Below the pieces are notes generated by a model that made no database searches, was not told the origin of the DNA, and saw nothing but the letters and a program-made list of their open reading frames with translations. From positions 600,001-632,000 of the forward strand of contig NZ_CP011391.1 of assembly GCF_001564455.1 (NCBI RefSeq): a DNA stretch of 32,000 nt. The letters run 5' to 3'. Source of the stretch: Faecalibaculum rodentium. GTDB lineage: Bacteria > Bacillota_I > Bacilli_A > Erysipelotrichales > Erysipelotrichaceae. Positions 26,701 through 32,000 of this stretch are shown one piece after another; within the stretch, counting starts at the first letter, position 1, and each line of letters starts with the position of its first letter. The position numbers and the translations under genes were made by a program.

Positions 26701-26732
26701 AACAAAAGCCGGGATCCGTTACAGGTCCCGGC
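26701..26732 (-). terminator. Rho-independent terminator of nnr (stem overlaps the last nnr codons)
   Basis: On the minus strand GCCGGGA (26732-26726), an 11-nt loop, TCCCGGC (26714-26708), then TTTTGTT (26707-26701). Confidence 0.65.
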
Positions 26733-28230
26733 CTTCGCGCAGACTCTTCCATACATCCGAGAGGGCATCCACCAGATCCTGCGGTCCGAACGCCGCAGGG
26801 TCTTTTTTGCTGCAAAGAGGTGCCTGATTGTGGGCCCAGACACCGCAAAGCGCCGCTTCCAGCGGGTTCTGGCTGGCAGCCAGGCCCGTGATGATGCCGC
26901 ACAGCATATCGCCGGATCCTCCTTTTGCCAGGGAAGAATCCGGGCGGGCCAGCACCCAGACCTGTCCATGTTCGCTGACACAGGTGATGGCGCCTTTCAG
27001 GACCAGTACGGTATCGGGATACGCCCGTGTAAATTCCTGGGCTGCCTTGACAGGATTGGCTGTGATATCAGACACGGACCAGCCCGTAATGCGACTGAAT
27101 TCTCCGGGATGGGGTGTCAGTATGGTCTGTCCACCCGGCCGGTGCAGCCAGTGCGGGTCAAGAACCGAGAGAGCGTCTGCATCCAGCACCAGGGTGACAT
27201 CTGTTTTCTGGAGAAGATCCTGCACCAGTGTGCGGGTGCCCTCCTGTCGTCCCATACCGTTTCCTGCCGAAACCACATTCATGTCCCTGGCTGCGTGCAG
27301 GATGGCGGGTACAGCTTCCTCGCTGATGCAGTCCGGGTCCCCGGGCAGATCCAGAAGCATGGCCTCCGGCAGGACACAGCGCATTGCCGGCTGCAGTATC
27401 TCCGGTACGGCCACCGTCAGCAGCCCCGGTCCTGCATGAAAACAGGCTCTGGCACTCATTTCAATGGCTCCATGCATCCGCCTGCTGCCACCGGCCATGA
27501 GCACTTTCCCGAATGTGCCCTTCCATGACAGCAGCGGTCGCACCGGAAGACACGTGCGTGCCTTCGAAGCAGTGAGTTCGAACACAGTTCTCGGTGTGTT
27601 CGGGTTTCCCAGACCGATATCCAGTGTGGTCACTTCTCCGGTCAGAGGCAGGGCGGCGGGAAGAACCGTTCCAAGTTTCCGCGTGCCGATACAGGCTGTC
27701 AGGTCTGCCTGGATGACCGCTCCCGGCAGTGGTCCGGTTTCTCCGTCCATGCCGCTGGGGACATCCACCGCGAGGATCCTTGCAGCAGAGCCGTTTGCGG
27801 CTTCTGTCAGCGTGTGCCAGGTGCCTTCCAGGGGTCGGGACAGGCCGCTGCCGAACATGGCATCCACGATCCAGTCATCCGGTCCAAGAGATTCGGCCAA
27901 TGCACAGATCTGCGTCAGACTGGTCAGTACCGGAATCCCGCGGTTTTCCAGGATCCTGCGCTGCAGTGACTGGCCGGGGGGACAGTAAGCCGCGGTGTCC
28001 CATCCGTGTTCCTGAAGGATCCGGTGCATGGCAAGTCCATCCTGCCCGTTGCTTCCGGGGCCGCAAAGAATCAGGATCCGGCTTCCGGCCACAAGGCGGG
28101 ATTCCAGCAGGGAACAAAGGGCGCGGGCTGCGTTCTCCATCAGAACAGGGGAGGGGATGCCTTCCTGTTCAATCGTATACCTGTCCCGTTCCTGTGCCTG
28201 TGCGGCGGTTTCCAGCAGGGTTTCAGTCAA
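26719..28230 (-). CDS. nnr: Bifunctional NAD(P)H-hydrate repair enzyme (epimerase / ADP-dependent dehydratase, YjeF family)
   Basis: 503 aa. N-terminal YjeF_N domain (ILILCGPGSNGQDGLAMHRIL) and C-terminal carbohydrate-kinase-like domain (GKVLMAGGSRRMHGAIEMSARA..., GSGDMLCGIITGLAA). Only a TTG start (28230) is available upstream of the conserved N-terminus. Confidence 0.88.
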   Translation of the reverse strand: MTETLLETAAQAQERDRYTIEQEGIPSPVLMENAARALCSLLESRLVAGSRILILCGPGSNGQDGLAMHRILQEHGWDTAAYCPPGQSLQRRILENRGIPVLTSLTQICALAESLGPDDWIVDAMFGSGLSRPLEGTWHTLTEAANGSAARILAVDVPSGMDGETGPLPGAVIQADLTACIGTRKLGTVLPAALPLTGEVTTLDIGLGNPNTPRTVFELTASKARTCLPVRPLLSWKGTFGKVLMAGGSRRMHGAIEMSARACFHAGPGLLTVAVPEILQPAMRCVLPEAMLLDLPGDPDCISEEAVPAILHAARDMNVVSAGNGMGRQEGTRTLVQDLLQKTDVTLVLDADALSVLDPHWLHRPGGQTILTPHPGEFSRITGWSVSDITANPVKAAQEFTRAYPDTVLVLKGAITCVSEHGQVWVLARPDSSLAKGGSGDMLCGIITGLAASQNPLEAALCGVWAHNQAPLCSKKDPAAFGPQDLVDALSDVWKSLREGRDL

Positions 28231-28504
28231 AGTCCACCGTCATGGACCGCTGCAGCAGCGGCGCCATTTCTGTCTTGATCCTGCAGTGATACGGATCATT
28301 GGCATAGGCCTCGAGCTGGTCTGCCGGGAGTTTCACCACCAGAGCCGCATCCAGACTGCGGTCCGAGCCAAGTATATCTGCGCCGCATTCAAAGGACTGT
28401 GCCATGGGCACATCCTCTGTGTTGAGCTTCTGAAGGATCTTCACGAGTGCTTCCCGGTTTTCCGGGGTCGGGTCTTTGAGCTCAAAAAAAACAATGTGTG
28501 TCAT
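28223..28504 (-). CDS. Dabb-family (stress-responsive alpha/beta barrel) protein
   Basis: 93 aa starting at MTHIVFFELKDPTPENREALVKILQKL..., ending YANDPYHCRIKTEMAPLLQRSMTVDFD. Strong RBS AAGGAG precedes ATG 28504; the track start at 28540 is unlikely. Overlaps the nnr start by 8 nt. Confidence 0.75.
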   Translation of the reverse strand: MTHIVFFELKDPTPENREALVKILQKLNTEDVPMAQSFECGADILGSDRSLDAALVVKLPADQLEAYANDPYHCRIKTEMAPLLQRSMTVDFD

Positions 28505-28560
28505 TTTCCTGCTCCTTTTCCCAATCATACCGCAGTTCATATCCCCGGCCTACAGCCGCA

Positions 28561-28569
28561 TGATATAAT
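28561..28569 (+). promoter_or_regulatory. Candidate extended -10 promoter for the flippase-mnmG unit
   Basis: TGaTATAAT (TG 28561-62, TATAAT 28564-69), 25 nt before ATG 28594. No clear -35. Confidence 0.5.
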
Positions 28570-28593
28570 TTTTGATTGAAATGAGGGGTGTCC

Positions 28594-30198
28594 ATGGAAT
28601 CCAAGACCAAAAAGAAATCACTGATCCGAAGCTCGCTCATCAGCACGGGGGGCTTTTTCATTGCGAAGCTCCTGGGGCTTGTCTATACCATTCCGCTGGC
28701 ATCGATCCTGGCCAGCGATGCCTACCTGAGTTATTACGGAACTGCCTACCGGATCTACAGCTACATTCTCCAGGTGTTCACAGCCGGTTTTCCCATGGCT
28801 GTCGCCACAATGATCGCCACCTATGCCACGCTGGAAGATCCGCGGACCGTGCTGAAAGTCAGACGGATCGCCATCCGGTTCCTGGCAGTCATGGGTGCTG
28901 CAGGCATGCTGCTCATGATGCTGCTGTCACCTCTGTTCGGTTCTGTCGTCGCGGGGCAGGAAAACGGCTCTGTCATGCGCAACGTACTGCTGATCCTGTC
29001 GGCGGCTGTGTTCCTGGTTCCGCTGCTTTCGGCATACCGCGGGTACTGCCAGGGCATGGACGAGATGGAAGAATATGCTTTTTCACAAACCTTTGAGCAG
29101 TTTGTCCGGGTGGGATTCCTGCTGGGTGTGTCCTGTCTTCTGGTCTATGGATTTCACGCCGACCGGGTCTGGGCTCTGTATGCATCTGTCGCTGCGACAA
29201 GCGTGGCAGCCCTGGCCGGACTGTTCCAGATTGCGAGGTATACCGGACGGTCCAGGCATCGGCTCGAGAAGGCAGCTGCGGGCACAGATGCTCCTGACAT
29301 ACCGGCACGGAAGCTGGTCCGGGATTTTGTGCTTCTTGCCGTACCATATTTTGTGATGGCCATTCTGGGATACATCGACGATCCCATCAATTCGATCCTC
29401 CTGCCGTATGCCCTGAATCACTCCGGGTACACGCCGGATCAGGTCAATGTGGTGCTTTCTGCAGTCAACTACGTCGGGTCCAAGCTGATTTCGATTCCCA
29501 TGATCCTGGGCCCTGGCTTCACCGCGGCACTGATTCCCCACATCACCAGCATGCTGGCTGAGCAGAATCTGCGGGGTGTGCGGAAAAATGTCCGGGAAGT
29601 GATCTCCATCGTCCTGTATGTGGCTCTGCCGGTCTGCGCCTGCATGGCATTGTATGCCAGACCCATCTACTACATTCTGTACTACACAGAGGACCTGAAT
29701 CTGGCTGCATCCACCATTGCCTGGAATTCTCTGGAAGGAGTCGCCGGTTCTGTCCTGCCGGTGATCACGTCCATGATGATGGCCCTGCGGCTGCGGCGGG
29801 CCGGACTGAAAAGTCTCGCCATCTATTCAGCGTTCAAGGTCGTGACGGTTGTGCCCATGGTCATGTGGCTGGGATTTCCCGGAGCGGTGCTGAGTTCCCT
29901 GACCGGGGCACTGTATGTGTTTTTTGCGAACCTCCATGAAATCCGGCACCGGTACCGCATCAGCTTCAGGGCCCTGTCACATCAGATGATTTTCATCGTG
30001 GCGGGACTGCTTTGCATGTGGGGCGTGACATGGCTGATCCAGACGGCAGGATTTACGGCGGATTCCGGCAGCAAGCTTGTGTGTCTGCTGCAGCTGATGG
30101 TCAGCGGCCTGGCGAGCCTGGGTGTGTATCTGGGTGTGACGTGGTTTTTCCAGATTCCCCAGACTGTGTTTGGACTGAGAGGCAGATCCCATGTTTGA
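28594..30198 (+). CDS. MOP-superfamily flippase (MurJ/YtgP/SpoVB-like polysaccharide or lipid II flippase)
   Basis: About 534-aa protein with many hydrophobic helices. Its N-terminus is typical of Polysacc_synt/MurJ-like proteins (SLIRSSLISTGGFFIAKLLGLVYTIPLASIL...AYRIYSYILQVFTAGFPMAVA). RBS GAGGGG lies 5 nt before ATG 28594. Confidence 0.7.
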   Translation: MESKTKKKSLIRSSLISTGGFFIAKLLGLVYTIPLASILASDAYLSYYGTAYRIYSYILQVFTAGFPMAVATMIATYATLEDPRTVLKVRRIAIRFLAVMGAAGMLLMMLLSPLFGSVVAGQENGSVMRNVLLILSAAVFLVPLLSAYRGYCQGMDEMEEYAFSQTFEQFVRVGFLLGVSCLLVYGFHADRVWALYASVAATSVAALAGLFQIARYTGRSRHRLEKAAAGTDAPDIPARKLVRDFVLLAVPYFVMAILGYIDDPINSILLPYALNHSGYTPDQVNVVLSAVNYVGSKLISIPMILGPGFTAALIPHITSMLAEQNLRGVRKNVREVISIVLYVALPVCACMALYARPIYYILYYTEDLNLAASTIAWNSLEGVAGSVLPVITSMMMALRLRRAGLKSLAIYSAFKVVTVVPMVMWLGFPGAVLSSLTGALYVFFANLHEIRHRYRISFRALSHQMIFIVAGLLCMWGVTWLIQTAGFTADSGSKLVCLLQLMVSGLASLGVYLGVTWFFQIPQTVFGLRGRSHV

Positions 30199-32000
30199 TG
30201 TTCTGGTGATCGGCGCCGGGCATGCCGGGATTGAAGCGGCAGCAGCGGCTGCGAGAATGGGAGCCAACACCTGTCTGGTGACCATGGATCTGAGCAGGGC
30301 CGGATCCATGCCGTGCAATCCGAGTGTGGGCGGCCCGGCAAAGGGAATCGTGGTGCGAGAGATCGATGCACTTGGGGGAGTGATGCCCCGGGCTGCGGAT
30401 GCGACGGCGCTGCAGTTCAAAATGCTGAATACCAGCAAAGGTCCCGGCGTGCAGTGTCTCCGGGTGCAGAGCGACAAGCTCGCCTACAGCCGGTGGATGG
30501 CGGCATTTCTGAAACAGCAGCCGCACCTGACTGTAGTGGAAAACCGTGTGGAGTCTCTGGACATTGAAGAGGGTGCCGTCCGGGGTGCCATCTGCCGGGA
30601 TGGTACACGGCTTTGTGCCAGAACAGTGGTCGTGACCTCCGGCACCTATATGCAGTCTGTTGTGCTGAAGGGACACACGGCCACGCCCTCGGGTCCTGAC
30701 GGGCAGCCTGCCAGCGAGGGACTCTCGGAGAGCCTGCGGAATGCCGGGCTGCGCACATTCCGGCTGAAGACCGGAACACCGCCTCGGGTTCTGGCTGACA
30801 GCGTGGATCTTTCGTTCGGCCAGGAACAGACAGGCTCTGCGGAGTTTCTTCACTTTTCCGATGACACACGACCGGAAGATGTGCTGCGGCCGGACGAACA
30901 GGAGAGCTGCACACTGATCTGGACACGGCCGGAAACCCACCGGATCATCCGGGAACACCTGACGGACTCTGCCATGTATTCGGGCCTCGTGCGGGGAAAG
31001 GGACCGAGGTACTGTCCGAGCATCGAGGACAAACTGGTGCGGTTTGCGGACAAGGAACGGCATCAGCTCTTTCTGGAACCGGAATCCCGGGACCTGGACA
31101 CGCTGTATATACAGGGGTTTTCCACGTCCATGCCGGAAGATGTCCAGGAACAGATGGTCCATTCCCTGCCTGGTCTGGAACATGCTGTGATTGAAAAATA
31201 CGCCTATGCCATAGAATATGACGCCATTGACCCGCTGCAGCTCAGGCCTTCCCTGGAGACACGGGCTGTCAGCGGTCTGTTCACTGCCGGACAGGTCAAT
31301 GGTACCAGCGGGTATGAAGAAGCCGCAGGTCAGGGACTCATGGCAGGAATCAATGCGGTGCTGAAGGTCAGAAACCAGCCGCCATTTGTGCTGCGAAGAG
31401 ACGAAGCCTATATTGGTGTCATGATCGATGACCTGGTCACCAAAGGCACGCAGGAACCTTACAGACTTCTGACAAGCCGGGCGGAATACCGTCTGCTTCT
31501 CCGTCATGACAATGCCGCAGACAGACTGTCCCGGAAAGGGTACAGTCTCGGGCTGATCAGCCGGGACCGGATGGAGCGCCTCGAGCAGCGGCAGGCAGAA
31601 TCTGAACGACTGAAGCAGGAACTGGAAGACCTCCACATTCCGCCCGCCACGGCACATCCTGTCCTTGATCGTCTGCATCTGGACCCGCTTCGGCAGGGAG
31701 CCAGCGGCCTGGATCTTCTGAAGCGTCCGAATGTGACAACAGAGGACCTGATCGGACCGGTCAGCGACCGGGAAGCTGCAGCGGCTCTGGAAATCGCGGT
31801 AAAATATGAGGGGTATATCGCGAAAGCCCGGCGGGATGCGGACCGTCTGGCGGCCATGGAGGCCAGGCAGATACCGGATGATCTGGATTACGGTGCCATC
31901 GGCAATCTGAGTCTTGAGGCCAGACAGAAACTGTCAGCGGTCAGACCGGAGACGCTGGGGCAGGCAAGCCGTATTTCCGGAGTGAATCCGGCGGATATTG
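30191..32000 (+). CDS. mnmG: tRNA uridine 5-carboxymethylaminomethyl modification enzyme MnmG (GidA), N-terminal ~603 codons; continues past the right edge
   Basis: MFDVLVIGAGHAGIEAAAAAARMGANTCLVT (FAD-binding GxGxxG). Also GGPAKGIVVREIDALGG, GPRYCPSIEDK, LFLEPE, YAIEYD, GLFTAGQVNGTSGYEEAAGQGLMAGINA and EPYRLLTSRAEYRLLLR. The ATG overlaps the flippase stop by 8 nt. Absent from the ORF track because no stop lies in the window. Confidence 0.93.
   Translation, partial: MFDVLVIGAGHAGIEAAAAAARMGANTCLVTMDLSRAGSMPCNPSVGGPAKGIVVREIDALGGVMPRAADATALQFKMLNTSKGPGVQCLRVQSDKLAYSRWMAAFLKQQPHLTVVENRVESLDIEEGAVRGAICRDGTRLCARTVVVTSGTYMQSVVLKGHTATPSGPDGQPASEGLSESLRNAGLRTFRLKTGTPPRVLADSVDLSFGQEQTGSAEFLHFSDDTRPEDVLRPDEQESCTLIWTRPETHRIIREHLTDSAMYSGLVRGKGPRYCPSIEDKLVRFADKERHQLFLEPESRDLDTLYIQGFSTSMPEDVQEQMVHSLPGLEHAVIEKYAYAIEYDAIDPLQLRPSLETRAVSGLFTAGQVNGTSGYEEAAGQGLMAGINAVLKVRNQPPFVLRRDEAYIGVMIDDLVTKGTQEPYRLLTSRAEYRLLLRHDNAADRLSRKGYSLGLISRDRMERLEQRQAESERLKQELEDLHIPPATAHPVLDRLHLDPLRQGASGLDLLKRPNVTTEDLIGPVSDREAAAALEIAVKYEGYIAKARRDADRLAAMEARQIPDDLDYGAIGNLSLEARQKLSAVRPETLGQASRISGVNPADI

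Noticed and set aside
30101-31678. 525-aa minus-strand ORF
   Set aside because: It is antisense to mnmG, whose plus-strand frame has the FAD-binding GxGxxG motif and the full set of GidA motifs. It is a shadow ORF.

Overview
GC-rich Bacillota chromosomal window. PolC is present, and the 16S rRNA has Erysipelotrichia-like signatures (GGAATGATTGGGCGTAAAGGGTGCG; this placement is inference only). Most of the window is core housekeeping.

Gene order, left to right:
- rnj (cut by the left edge, minus strand) and def (minus).
- A tightly overlapped plus-strand block: SEDS ftsW/rodA, coaD, rnc, polC.
- An isolated two-gene module: a LytTR regulator with a degenerate receiver domain, followed by a tail-anchored RelB/DinJ-like protein.
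- A CUT1 sugar-uptake operon (lipoprotein SBP, two permeases, LacI-family regulator, GH77 4-alpha-glucanotransferase), preceded by two AAACGTTT-core palindromic operators.
- A 2386-bp ISL3-family insertion sequence with an 8-bp target-site duplication, sitting in the T-tract of the malQ terminator.
- A multiply frameshifted maltose/galactoside O-acetyltransferase pseudogene.
- A complete 16S-23S-5S rRNA operon with tandem promoters, boxA/boxB leader elements, long processing stems, no spacer tRNA and a short 5S.
- A DUF1846/UPF0371 gene and two translationally coupled small unknown ORFs.
- nnr and a Dabb-barrel gene (minus strand).
- A MurJ/YtgP-like flippase and mnmG (cut by the right edge).

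I see no CRISPR array, tRNA, prophage or recognisable defence or toxin system. The most unusual candidates are the LytTR plus membrane-anchored RHH pair (8857-9864), the extra zinc-ribbon ORF in the IS, the small ORF pair at 26105-26700 and the reduced 5S rRNA. All functional calls come from motif recognition by eye and were not confirmed by any search. Many long ORFs in the supplied track are antisense artefacts of the GC-rich coding strand. The two edge-truncated genes (rnj, mnmG) are missing from the track because they have no stop codon in the window.
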